DNA of 64,000 nt from Nemertoderma westbladi (GCA_032718475.1 JAUCBJ010008499.1:1-64000); one strand, 5' to 3'. Shown: positions 49,601-63,079, numbered from the stretch's first letter. Program-made: numbers and translations. Notes: generated by a model from the letters alone, not told the origin.

Positions 49601-52600
49601 TAAAGGATTCCATTGATCCAGTAACCTAAAGGACTTCATTGATCCAGTAACCTAAAGGATTCCATTGATCCAGTATCCTAAAGGATTCCATTGATCCAGT
49701 AACCTAAAGGACTCCATTGATCCAGTAACCTAAAGGATTCCATTGATCCAGTATCCTAAAGGATTCCATTGATCCAGTAACCTAAAGGACTCCATTGATC
49801 CAGTATCCTAAAGGATTCCATTGATCCAGTAACCTAAAGGACTCCATTGATCCAGTAACCTAAAGGACTCCATTGATCCAGTAACCTAAAGGATTCCATT
49901 GATCCAGTAACCTAAATGATTCCATTGATCCAGTAACCTAAAGGACTCCATTGATCCAGTAACCTAAAGGATTCCACTGATCCAGTATCCTAAAGAATTC
50001 CATTGATCCAGTAACCTAAAGGATTCCACTGATCCAGTAACCTAAAGGATTCCATTGATCCAGTAACCTAAAGGATTCCACTGATCCAGTAACCTAAAGG
50101 ATTCCACTGATCCAGTAACCTAAAGGATTCCATTGATCCAGTAACCTAAAGGATTCCATTGATCCAGTAACCTAAAGGATTCCATTGATCCAGTAACTTA
50201 AAGGACTCCATTGATCCAGTAACCTAAAGGATTCCATTGATCCAGTAATCTAAAGGATTCCATTGATCCAGTAGCCTGTTAAAGGATTCCACTGATCCAG
50301 TATCCTAAATAATTCCATTGATCCAGTAACCTAAAGGATTCCACTGATCCAGTAACCTAAAGGATTCCATTGATCCAGTAACCTAAAGGATTACATTGAT
50401 CCAGTAACCTAAATGATTCCATTGATCCAGTAACCTAAAGGACTCCATTGATCCAGTAACCTAAAGGATTCCACTGATCCAGTAACCTAAAGGATTACAT
50501 TGATCCAGTAACCTAAAGGATTCCATTGATCCAGTAACCTAAAGGATTCCACTGATCCAGTAACCTAAAGGATTCCATTGATCCAGTAACATAAAGGATT
50601 CCATTGATCCAGTAACCTAAAGGATTCCATTGATCCAGCAACCTAAAGGATTCCATTGATCCAGTAACCTAAAGGATTCCACTGATCCAGTAACCTAAAG
50701 GATTCCATTGATCCAGTAACATGTTAAAGGATTCCACTGATCCAGTAACCTAAAGGATTCCATTGATCCAGTAACCTAAAGGATTCCATTGATCCAGTAA
50801 CCTAAAGGATTCCACTGATCCAGTAACCTAAAGGATTCCATTGATCCAGTAACCTGTTAAAGGATTCCACTGATCCAGTAACCTAAAGGATTCCATTGAT
50901 CCAGTAACCTAAAGGATTCCACTGATCCGGTACCCTAAAGGACTCCATTGATCCAGTAACCTAAATGATTCCATTGATCCAGTCACCTAAAGGATTCCAT
51001 TGATCCAGTAACCTAAAGGATTCCACTGATCCAGTAACCTAAAGGATTCCATTGATCCAGTAACATAAAGGATTCCATTGATCCAGTAATCGAAAGGATT
51101 CCATTGATCCAGTAACCTAAAGGATTCCATTGATCCAGTAACCTAAAGGAATCCATTGATCTAGTAACCTAAAGGAATCCATTGATCTAGTAACCTAAAG
51201 GATTCCATTGATCCAGTAACATAAAGGATTCCATTGATCCAGTAATCGAAAGGATTCCATTGATCCAGTAACCTAAAGAATTCCATTGATCCAGTAACCT
51301 AAAGGATTCCACTGATCCAGTAACCTAAAGGATTCCATTGATCCAGTAACATAAAGGATTCCATTGATCCAGTAACCTAAAGGATTCCATTGATCCAGCA
51401 ACCTAAAGGATTCCATTGATCCAGTAACCTAAAGGATTCCACTGATCCAGTAACCTAAAGGATTCCATTGATCCAGTAACATGTTAAAGGATTCCACTGA
51501 TCCAGTAACCTAAAGGATTCCATTGATCCAGTAACCTAAAGGATTCCATTGATCCAGTAACCTAAAGGATTCCACTGATCCAGTAACCTAAAGGATTCCA
51601 TTGATCCAGTAACCTGTTAAAGGATTCCACTGATCCAGTAACCTAAAGGATTCCATTGATCCAGTAACCTAAAGGATTCCACTGATCCAGTACCCTAAAG
51701 GACTCCATTGATCCAGTAACCTAAATGATTCCATTGATCCAGTCACCTAAAGGATTCCATTGATCCAGTAACCTAAAGGATTCCACTGATCCAGTAACCT
51801 AAAGGATTCCATTGATCCAGTAACATAAAGGATTCCATTGATCCAGTAATCGAAAGGATTCCATTGATCCAGTAACCTAAAGGATTCCATTGATCCAGTA
51901 ACCTAAAGGAATCCATTGATCTAGTAACCTAAAGGAATCCATTGATCTAGTAACCTAAAGGATTCCATTGATCCAGTAACATAAAGGATTCCATTGATCC
52001 AGTAATCGAAAGGATTCCATTGATCCAGTAACCTAAAGGATTCCATTGATCCAGTAACCTAAAGGATTCCATTGATCCAGTAACCTAAAGGAATCCATTG
52101 ATCTAGTAACCTAAAGGAATCCATTGATCTAGTAACCTAAAGGATTCCATTGATCCAGTAACCTAAAGGAATCCATTGATCTAGTAACCTAAAGGAATCC
52201 ATTGATCTAGTAACCTAAAGGAATCCATTGATCTAGTAACCTAAAGGATTCCATTGATCCAGTAACCTAAAGGAATCCATTGATCTAGTAACCTAAAGGA
52301 ATCCATTGATCTAGTAACCTAAAGGATTCCATTGATCTAGTAACCTAAAGGATTCCATTGATCCAGTAACATAAAGGATTCCATTGATCCAGTAATCGAA
52401 AGGATTCCATTGATCCAGTAACCTAAAGGATTCCATTGATCCAGTAACCTAAAGGATTCCACTGATCCAGTAACCTAAAGGATTCCATTGATCCAGTAAC
52501 CTGTTAAAGGATTCCACTGATCCAGTAACCTAAAGGATTCCATTGATCCAGTAACCTAAAGGATTCCATTGATCCAGTAACCTAAAGGATTCCACTGATC

Positions 52601-55600
52601 CAGTAACCTAAAGGATTCCATTGATCCAGTAACCTGTTAAAGGATTCCACTGATCCAGTAACCTAAAGGATTCCATTGATCCAGTAACCTAAAGGATTCC
52701 ACTGATCCAGTATCCTAAAGGACTCCATTGATCCAGTAACCTAAAGGATTACATTGATCCAGTAACCTAAAGGATTACATTGATCCAGTAACCTAAAGGA
52801 CTCCATTGATCCAGTAACCTAAAGGATTCCATTGATCCAGTAACCTGTTAAAGGATTCCACTGATCCAGTAACCTAAAGGACTCCATTGATCCAGTGACC
52901 TAAAGGATTCCACTGATCCAGTATCCTAAAGAATTCCATTGATCCAGTAACCTAAAGGATTCCATTGCTCCAGTAACCTAAAGGATTCCACTGATCCAGT
53001 AACCTAAAGGATTCCATTGATCCAGTAACCTAAAGGATTCCATTGATCCAGTAACCTAAAGGATTCCATTGATCCAGTAACCTAAAGGACTCCATTGATC
53101 CAGTATCCTAAAGGATTCCATTGATCCAGTAATCTAAAGGACTCCATTGATCCAGTAACCTAAAGGATTCCATTGATCCAGTAACCTAAAGGATTCCACT
53201 GATCCAGTAACCTAAAGGATTCCATTGATCCAGTAACCTAAAGGATTCCATTGATCCAGTAACCTAAAGGATTCCATTGATCCAGTAACCTAAAGGACTC
53301 CATTGATCCAGTATCCTAAAGGATTCCATTGATCCAGTAACCTAAAGGATTCCACTGATCCAGTATCCTAAATAATTCCATTGATCCAGTAACCTAAAGG
53401 ATTCCACTGATCCAGTAACCTAAAGGATTCCATTGATCCAGTAACCTAAAGGATTACATTGATCCAGTAACCTAAATGATTCCATTGATCCAGTAACCTA
53501 AAGGACTCCATTGATCCAGTAACCTAAAGGATTCCACTGATCCAGTAACCTAAAGGATTACATTGATCCAGTAACCTAAAGGATTCCATTGATCCAGTAA
53601 CCTAAAGGATTCCATTGATCCAGTAGCCTGTTAAAGGATTCCACTGATCCAGTAACCTAAAGGATTCCATTGATCCAGTAACCTAAAGGATTCCACTGAT
53701 CCAGTAACCTAAAGGATTCCATTGATCCAGTAACCTAAATGATTCCATTGATCCAGTCACCTAAAGGATTCCATTGATCCAGTAACCTAAAGGACTCCAT
53801 TGATCCAGTAACCTAAAGGATTCCATTGATCCAGTAACCTAAAGGATTCCACTGATCCAGTATCCTAAAGAATTCCATTGATCCAGTAACCTAAAGGATT
53901 CCACTGATCCAGTAACCTAAAGGATTCCATTGATCCAGTAACATAAAGGATTCCATTGATCCAGTAACCTAAAGGATTCCATTGATTCAGCAACCTAAAG
54001 GATTCCATTGATCCAGTAACCTAAAGGATTCCACTGATCCAGTAACCTAAAGGATTCCATTGATCCAGTAACATGTTAAAGGATTCCACTGATCCAGTAA
54101 CCTAAAGGATTCCATTGATCCAGTAACCTAAAGGATTCCATTGATCCAGTAACCTAAAGGATTCCACTGATCCAGTAACCTAAAGGATTCCATTGATCCA
54201 GTAACCTGTTAAAGGATTCCACTGATCCAGTAACCTAAAGGATTCCATTGATCCAGTAACCTAAAGGATTCCACTGATCCAGTACCCTAAAGGACTCCAT
54301 TGATCCAGTAACCTAAATGATTCCATTGATCCAGTCACCTAAAGGATTCCATTGATCCAGTAACCTAAAGGATTCCACTGATCCAGTAACCTAAAGGATT
54401 CCATTGATCCAGTAACATAAAGGATTCCATTGATCCAGTAACCGAAAGGATTCCATTGATCCAGTAACCTAAAGGATTCCATTGATCCAGTAACCTAAAG
54501 GATTCCACTGATCCAGTAACCTAAAGGATTCCATTGATCCAGTAACCTGTTAAAGGATTCCACTGATCCAGTAACCTAAAGGATTCCATTGATCCAGTAA
54601 CCTAAAGGATTCCATTGATCCAGTAACCTAAAGGATTCCACTGATCCAGTAACCTAAAGGATTCCATTGATCCAGTAACCTGTTAAAGGATTCCACTGAT
54701 CCAGTAACCTAAAGGATTCCATTGATCCAGTAACCTAAAGGATTCCACTGATCCAGTATCCTAAAGGACTCCATTGATCCAGTAACCTAAAGGATTACAT
54801 TGATCCAGTAACCTAAAGGATTACATTGATCCAGTAACCTAAAGGACTCCATTGATCCAGTAACCTAAAGGATTCCATTGATCCAGTAACCTGTTAAAGG
54901 ATTCCACTGATCCAGTAACCTAAAGGACTCCATTGATCCAGTGACCTAAAGGATTCCACTGATCCAGTATCCTAAAGAATTCCATTGATCCAGTAACCTA
55001 AAGGATTCCATTGCTCCAGTAACCTAAAGGATTCCACTGATCCAGTAACCTAAAGGATTCCATTGATCCAGTAACCTAAAGGATTCCATTGATCCAGTAA
55101 CCTAAAGGATTCCATTGATCCAGTAACCTAAAGGACTCCATTGATCCAGTATCCTAAAGGATTCCATTGATCCAGTAATCTAAAGGACTCCATTGATCCA
55201 GTAACCTAAAGGATTCCATTGATCCAGTAACCTAAAGGATTCCATTGATCCAGTAACCTAAAGGATTCCATTGATCCAGTAACCTAAAGGACTCCATTGA
55301 TCCAGTATCCTAAAGGATTCCATTGATCCAGTAATCTAAAGGACTCCATTGATCCAGTATCCTAAAGGATTCCATTGATCCAGTATCCTAAAGGACTCCA
55401 TTGATCCAGTATCCTAAAGAATTCCATTGATCCAGTAACCTAAAGGATTCCACTGATCCAGTAACCTAAAGGATTCCATTGATCCAGTAACCTAAAGGAT
55501 TCCACTGATCCAGTAACCTAAAGGATTCCACTGATCCAGTAACCTAAAGGATTCCATTGATCCAGTAACCTAAAGGATTCCATTGATCCAGTAACCTAAA

Positions 55601-58156
55601 GGATTCCATTGATCCAGTAACTTAAAGGACTCCATTGATCCAGTAACCTAAAGGATTCCATTGATCCAGTAACCTAAAGGATTCCATTGATCCAGTAACC
55701 TAAAGGACTCCATTGATCCAGTAACCTAAAGGATTCCACTGATCCAGTATCCTAAATAATTCCATTGATCCAGTAACCTAAAGGATTCCACTGATCCAGT
55801 AACCTAAAGGATTCCATTGATCCAGTAACCTAAAGGATTCCACTGATCTAGTAACCTAAAGGATTCCACTGATCCAGTCACCTAAAGGATTCCATTGATC
55901 CAGTAACCTAAAGGATTCCATTGATCCAGTAACCTAAAGGATTCCATTGATCCAGTAACCTAAAGGACTCCATTGATCCAGTAACCTAAAGGATTCCATT
56001 GATCCAGTATCCTAAAGGATTCCATTGATCCAGTAATCTAAAGGACTCCATTGATCCAGTAACCTAAAGGATTACATTGATCCAGTAACCTAAAGGATTA
56101 CATTGATCCAGTAACCTAAAGGATTCCATTGATCCAGTAACCTAAAGGATTCCATTGATCCAGTAGCCTGTTAAAGGATTCCACTGATCCAGTAACCTAA
56201 AGGATTCCATTGATCCAGTAACCTAAAGGATTCCACTGATCCAGTAACCTAAAGGATTCCATTGATCCAGTAACCTAAATGATTCCATTGATCCAGTCAC
56301 CTAAAGGATTCCATTGATCCAGTAACCTAAAGGACTCCATTGATCCAGTAACCTAAAGGATTCCATTGATCCAGTAACCTAAAGGATTCCACTGATCCAG
56401 TATCCTAAAGAATTCCATTGATCCAGTAACCTAAAGGATTCCACTGATCCAGTAACCTAAAGGATTCCATTGATCCAGTAACATAAAGGATTCCATTGAT
56501 CCAGTAACCTAAAGGATTCCATTGATCCAGTAACCTAAAGGATTCCATTGATCCAGTAACCTAAAGGATTCCACTGATCCAGTAACCTAAAGGATTCCAT
56601 TAATCCAGTAACCTGTTAAAGGATTCCACTGATCCAGTAACCTAAAGGATTCCATTGATCCAGTAACCTAAAGGATTCCATTGATCCAGTAACCTAAAGG
56701 ATTCCACTGATCCAGTAACCTAAAGGATTCCATTGATCCAGTAACCTGTTAAAGGATTCCACTGATCCAGTAACCTAAAGGATTCCATTAATCCAGTAAC
56801 CTAAAGGATTCTACTGATCTAGTATCCTAAAGGACTCCATTGATCCAGTAACCTAAAGGATTACATTGATCCAGTAACCTAAAGGATTACATTGATCCAG
56901 TAACCTAAAGGACTCCATTGATCCAGTAACCTAAAGGATTCCATTGATCCAGTAACCTGTTAAAGGATCCCACTGATCCAGTAACCTAAAGGATTCCATT
57001 GATCCAGTAACCTAAAGGATTCCACTGATCCAGTATCCTAAAGAATTCCATTGATCCAGTAACCTAAAGGATTCCATTGATCCAGTAACCTAAAGGATTC
57101 CATTGATCCAGTAACCTAAAGGATTCCATTGATCCAGTAACCTAAAGGATTCCATTGATCCAGTAACCTAAAGGATTCCATTGATCCAGTAACCTAAAGG
57201 ACTCCATTGATCCAGTATCCTAAAGGATTCCATTGATCCAGTAATCTAAAGGACTCCATTGATCCAGTAACCTAAAGGATTCCATTGATCCAGTAACCTA
57301 AAGGATTCCATTGATCCAGTAACCTAAAGGATTACATTGATCCAGTAACCTAAAGGATTACATTGATCCAGTAACCTAAAGGATTCCATTGATCCAGTAT
57401 CCTAAAGGATTCCATTGATCCAGTAATATAAAGGACTCCATTGATCCAGTAACCTAAAGGATTCCATTGATCCAGTAACCTAAAGGATTCCATTGATCCA
57501 GTAACCTAAAGGATTCCATTGATCCAGTAACCTAAAGGATTACATTGATCCAGTAACCTAAAGGATTCCATTGATCCAGTAACCTAAAGGATTACATTGA
57601 TCCAGTAACCTAAAGGATTCCATTGATCCAGTAACCTAAAGGATTCCATTGATCCAGTAATCTAAAGGACTCCATTGATCCAGTAACCTAAAGGATTCCC
57701 TTGATCCAGTAATCTAAAGGATTACATTGATCCAGTAACCTAAAGGATTCCATTGATCCAGTAACCTAAAGGATTACATTGATCCAGTAACCTAAAGGAT
57801 TCCATTGATCCAGTAACCTAAAGGATTCCATTGATCCAGTAATCTAAAGGACTCCACTGATCCAGTAACCTAAAGGATTCCACTGATCCAGTAACCTAAA
57901 GGATTACATTGATCCAGTAACCTAAAGGATTCCATTGATCCAGTAACCTAAAGGATTCCCTTGATCCAGTAATCTAAAGGATTCCATTGATCCAGTAACC
58001 TAAAGGATTCCATTGATCCAGTATCCTAAAGGATTCCACTGATCCAGTAACCTAAAGGACTCCGTTGATCCAGTAACCTAAAGGATTACATTGATCCAGT
58101 AACCTAAAGGATTCCATTGATTTTACTTTTTTAGCGGCGAAATATGGAAAGTAAGC

Positions 58157-58665
58157 TTGAGGAGCGGTGCCGGCATAAGAAACGCCACTACCGCACCGTC
58201 TGCGAGGACCGGAGGATGGCCTTCACCCCCCTGGTCGGCACCACTGACGGTGTCTGGTGCACCGAGGCCCAGATCCTTATCCGCCATCTCGCAGAGTCAC
58301 TCGTGGCTAGGCGAGATGGTATGCGGGAGAGGGGCCTCGCGTGCGTGCTGGGGGGTGTTCGCCGGCGGCTGCAATTCGCACTCCTCCGGTCCAACTCCCT
58401 CTGCCTCCGTGGTGGGCGGCGTCCGTGGCGTGGGTTAGGGTTCGGGGATGGGGCTGGGATCCGTGGGGTGGGGCTCGCAAGGCGATACTGACTCACCTTG
58501 CAGGGTAACCTATATTCTAAGTCGTGCTATTTCTAACATTCTTGTGTGCAATAATATTAATTATTATTTGAAAAAATATTTCATTATGTTTTTGGTGGAA
58601 TTTCTTAAATTTTATTACGTTGAAAGGGAATCGATTAGTAGAAATCGATCGAGTAGAAAAGATTT
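58157..58665 (+). mobile_element. 5'-truncated CRE-like (RLE-endonuclease) non-LTR retrotransposon, C-terminal coding region plus downstream flank
   Basis: GC-rich island translating to ...KKRHYRTVCEDRRMAFTPLVGTTDGVWCTEA...RRRLQFALLRSNSLCLRG, resembling the K..Y...F.PLV...G.W..EA...R.RL..AL.R....CLRG tail of CRE-clade ORFs; stop at 58491. Confidence 0.7.
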
Positions 58666-58943
58666 GGTCCAACTCCCTCTGCCTCCGTGGTGGGCGGCGT
58701 CCGTGGCGTGGGTTAGGGTTCGGGGATGGGGCTGGGATCCGTGGGGTGGGGCTCGCAAGGCGATACTGACTCACCTTGCAGGGTAACCTATATTCTAAGT
58801 CGTGCTATTTCTAACATTCTTGTGTGCAATAATATTAATTATTATTTGAAAAAATATTTCATTATGTTTTTGGTGGAATTTCTTAAATTTTATTACGTTG
58901 AAAGGGAATCGATTAGTAGAAATCGATCGAGTAGAAAAGATTT
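58388..58943 (+). repeat. 278-bp tandem duplication (58388-58665 and 58666-58943)
   Basis: Both copies run ggtccaactccctctg...gtagaaaagattt; no differences noticed by eye. Confidence 0.95.
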
Positions 58944-60216
58944 ACAAGTAATTTGAGCAAAATCCATTCACACTCTCAATAGTTGTTGCAACTTTATGTC
59001 ATCAATTGAGAGAAAGGAACAGGTTACAGAGATGGCTTTTTCTAACCAAAACAATAACCTTTGTTGTTTGTTGTTATATCGTATGTAAAAATATCAATAT
59101 ATGATAAATATCCAATAATATCCAAATTGGGGGGGGGGGGGAGGGGGGGGGGGGGCAGGAAAACAAAACACGCAAGGTTTCTTCCTTCAACATTATCAAG
59201 ACAGGTGTCATTGAGCAGACTTTTCGGGAATGTTGAATGGCTGACCAGTAGGGTCCCCTTCGCCAGCCGACTACTAGGCTGCCATAGAACATCATCATAC
59301 ACAGTCAATTCTACGATGAATGTACACGGCAAGACGCACCCTTCGTGTCTACAGGGTGGTGCTGGTTTAGGCAATATGATGTTACTGATTCATTGCACAA
59401 TGCCTCCTTCATTAAGTGAACATATACCCTATGCCATGTACATTCGCAGTGCTACACCTGGTGTATATAGCATCAATGTATCTGTTGTCATAAGTATGCC
59501 ATAAGCCATAAGTATGCAAAAAATATTCTAGAGAAATATAAATAATAAGAAATATAATCGCTCTCGAATTACCGGTCGACGGGATATAAAGCACTATTAT
59601 ATATCCTTGCAAATTGCGATTTACAAACGATAGGTAGGCCTACGACCTATATTTATATTTCCGTGCGTTACTAATTATCATATTCCTTGAAGTATCGTGT
59701 ACCCGACGTACCTGCAGGGTAACACTGGGCTTTGGTAATAAATTACAAAGGCTGGGTAATAAGAGGTAGTAGAACCTTAGTTAACCTTTCGTAACTGCGT
59801 ACTGCGGCTATTATTGCACCACCAATGTCTAAAATCAAAGGAACACATCCAATGTCCTCGATTAAGAAAACTGTGAAATGTGTTAGAACGGACGTTATAT
59901 TTACAAACTATTAATGATAAACGTAATATTACGCAAATAAATTAATTATCCTGCTATAATTCTGTCTAAAAAATGTGTTAATTAAGTACAATATTTAGTA
60001 ACAATAGTAACAAAAATCTTACGTCACATTGGAACACACAATCTGCAAAATGTACAAAGGTAGATGTACTAATCATCAAAATATAACACAACGGAATAAT
60101 AGGTCATTAAAATTACATTCCAACGGACATAAAATAATATAAAACTGCTTTGATTAGAATAACTGTTGCAAATTGCAACGCACCTGATCCATCAGAATGC
60201 AATTGCCCTGGTGAAA

Positions 60217-60890
60217 CTGTGTGTAAAGCGTACGAGGCGACTCTGTGTGTAAAGCGTACGAGGCGTCTCTGTGTGTAAAGCGTACCATGCGTCTCTGTGT
60301 GTAAAGCGTACGAGGCGACTCTGTGTGTAAAGCGTACGAGGCGTCTCTGTGTGTAAAGCGTACCATGCGTCTCTGTGTGTAAAGCGTACGAGGCGTCTCT
60401 GTGTGTAAAGCGTACCATGCGTCTCTGTGTGTAAAGCGTATGCGTCTCTGTGTGTAAAGCGTACGAGGCGACTCTGTGTGTAAAGCGTACGAGGCGTCTC
60501 TGTGTGTAAAGCGTACCATGCGTCTCTGTGTGTAAAGCGTACGAGGCGTCTCTGTGTGTAAAGCGTACGAGGCGTCTCTGTGTGTAAAGCGTACCATGCG
60601 TCTCTGTGTGTAAAGCGTACGAGGCGTCTCTATGTGTAAAGCGTACCATGCGACTCTGTGTGTAAAGCGTATGCGTCTCTGTGTGTAAAGCGTACGAGGC
60701 GACTCTGTGTGTAAAGCGTACGAGGCGTCTCTGTGTGTAAAGCGTACCATGCGTCTCTGTGTGTAAAGCGTACGAGGCGTCTCTGTGTGTAAAGCGTACC
60801 ATGCGTCTCTGTGTGTAAAGCGTACGAGGCGTCTCTATGTGTAAAGCGTACCATGCGACTCTGTGTGTAAAGCGTACCATGCGTCTCTGT
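60217..60890 (+). repeat. 26-bp minisatellite ctctgtgtgtaaagcgta(cgaggcgt/cgaggcga/ccatgcgt), ~26 units
   Basis: Read directly; occasional 23-bp units. Confidence 0.97.
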
Positions 60891-61423
60891 TTGTTCTGGA
60901 ATATAGACATACATAACTCATTCAATGATTTCAAAGGTTCCACTCTATCTCTACTTCTTGCATTTGCTGCTCTGTTCTAAGAAGCTTTCAGACAGTGCAA
61001 GGCATAAATAATCTCTTGGGCGCACCGAGGTATATTTACAGCCCTTTTAAGACCAGGATATTCGTATTCCTGTTCAGAACTTTTAAAGCAACTATTTACT
61101 GAATCGAGATAATATTCCTGTTTTTGGAAGGCTTTACTAATCCTAATAGAACAGCACTATAATTATAGCCTTGTTTATCTGTGTCCAGACAGGTTTTATA
61201 ACGAATGGGTCGTGCATTCAATGGCCGTATGATATGGAGTATTTAAATCCTGGTTCCGAGAATATTTCACAACTGGGTGCTTAATATAAATATTTTAGGA
61301 CGCCAGTGCGTCTGTATCACAGAGCGCTTTTGCGCTTTCAGCTAGTTTTCCCCGCGAGCGCATTCATATCCGTGTTCGAGGTGTAGACACTAGGTGCATT
61401 CAAAGTCCTATTCGTGGAAGCTT

Positions 61424-62436
61424 TTATACTTGAGTGCATTCATAGCCTTGCTCTAAGTAGGTGTCGGGCGGACACACACTCTGATAGAAGGTGATACCCG
61501 GAACCACGGAGTCGTCATCCACACCAGTAACGCACCCGGGTCCGTTAGTCCCATTGTGCACCACCGGTGTCGGTTGCATCTTACTGTGCCCACCCCTAGT
61601 CGGGTACACGCCTCCGCTCGCCTGCTCACGCTGCTTTTTCCGCCGCAGGTAGCAACCGAGGACCAATAGGATAAGGAAGGCGGCGCTACCTAGCAACCCG
61701 ACTACAACAAGAACAGGGAAATGATTCCCTGAGTTGAGCGGCGGTTTCTGTTTATCGCGGACGACTCCCGGGACATCGACCGAAGCGTCCAGCCTTAGAT
61801 ACGTCATCACGGTGCCATGGCGATTGTCTACGTCATCCATCTCCAAGGACCTTCTCAATCGGGTGACGTCATTATCGCGAAATAATAGTCTATTATTTGG
61901 CCTAAAACTATCACTGGATGGAGTGAGTTTTTCATTATAAAAATGTAATTTGTTACTTTGATACAAATGTTTCGAACTATTTCTTTCATCACTTTGAGGG
62001 AATGGAGTATAGGTAGATTCGCCGACCGTGCTCAATTCGGAAGTTATTGGCAATGTTCTATGTTTATTGGGAATGTTGCTACGGCGACGCCTTGACGCCG
62101 GAGTTTCGAAGACACAGTGGACGACCCAATGAACGTCGTCCTTGATGGTGAACAGCGGGTTTACCGAAAAGGAGATCTCATTGGCGCCGAGAAAACGAGC
62201 GTCAAAGTTTAACTTATCGACGAAATCGTTGTTGGAAGAGGTGCCGGGGTTGTCCTTGTCGAGGAGTTTAAACCGGTAGGAGATGAACTCGTTGTGTATC
62301 AGACAACCCAGCTGATCGTCTGAGTAGCGCGGTATGTAGCCGCGCACCCCGGCGCAGATGTAAACGGCCGATAGTTGGGCGCCCTCCTCCGTCGATTGGT
62401 TGCCACGCGTAAACACATTCCCGTAGATTACGTCAT
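61424..62436 (-). CDS. Terminal coding exon of a FRAS1/FREM2/ECM3-family extracellular matrix membrane protein
   Basis: Acceptor ttttctag|AT at 62436; DVIYGNV, VYICAGVRGYIPRY, GCL, YRFKLLDK, PLF and WVVHCVF match the FREM2/ECM3 C-terminal domain; RRRR site, hydrophobic TM segment, C-terminal CTQV. Confidence 0.85.
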
Positions 62437-62823
62437 CTAGAAAATAATACGTTTAATTATATCAGCAAATTATAGCGAAATTAATTTAATTTAAAACATT
62501 AAGGGGTATGAGCAGGTCACAATGTCGGTGTTTTATAACCAAAACAATAAACAAAATGTGACCAATTTGTGACTGTTTTAAATTGCGGTCAATGTGCGCT
62601 ACAGTTCTATCAGGATCAGCTTCAGCAATTATTATTTATTACTACAATCACAGTGACGTCAGTTATTTTTTATTGCCTAAAAATTAAATCTGGCTTTATC
62701 GTTGGAAACTGCAATATTTAGATAACCCCCTGTGTTTAACAACTAACAGTCATTACTATTCTCTCCCAAAAAATAGATTGGATATTTTTTAGGTAAACAA
62801 AATATTAATACCCAAAACCCAAC

Positions 62824-63079
62824 CTTTCGTGAATCCATCAGCTAGACCAATGGTATCGCTGGGATTGTTCGCTCCGATAACTTGTAGCCCCAATTCCATC
62901 CCTTTTGATTCGCTACTCGGCACAAGGTTGTTCACCAATAGGAGCTGCAGTTCCAGCAAAAAGCTAATTGGTTGTAACCTTGAGCAACGGGTGTAAGCGG
63001 GGATGCTGTACGATGTATCGGTAGTCTTGACAACGCACGGTAGCAACTTTATTGTGTATGAGCCGGAATGATCAAATAT
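62824..63079 (-). CDS. Penultimate coding exon of the FRAS1/FREM2/ECM3-like gene
   Basis: tttacag|ATA acceptor and AAAG|gttggg donor (256 bp, phase 1, in frame with the next exon); DHSGSYTIKLLPC parallels FREM2 DYSGTYTVKLVPC. Confidence 0.85.

Larger units (their letters stand above)
27880..58121 (+). repeat. Large satellite array, 26-bp monomer gtaacctaaaggattccattgatcca (roughly 1,050 units), with 29-bp variants and higher-order duplications
   Basis: Read directly; interrupted only at 31954-34619; copy number estimated as length divided by 26. Confidence 0.99.

Noticed and set aside
27880-58121. CRISPR array or coding ORFs (MESFRLLDQWNP...) in the 26-bp array
   Set aside because: No unique spacers and no cas genes; the ORFs arise where monomer variants remove stop codons
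58144-58156. ATG at 58144 as a real start, or a spliced-leader gene at the junction
   Set aside because: The ATG lies within the satellite-edge hairpin motif; no recognisable SL exon or Sm-site architecture
60113-60943. 276-aa and 198-aa repetitive ORFs
   Set aside because: Products of the 26-bp minisatellite, cycling through frames
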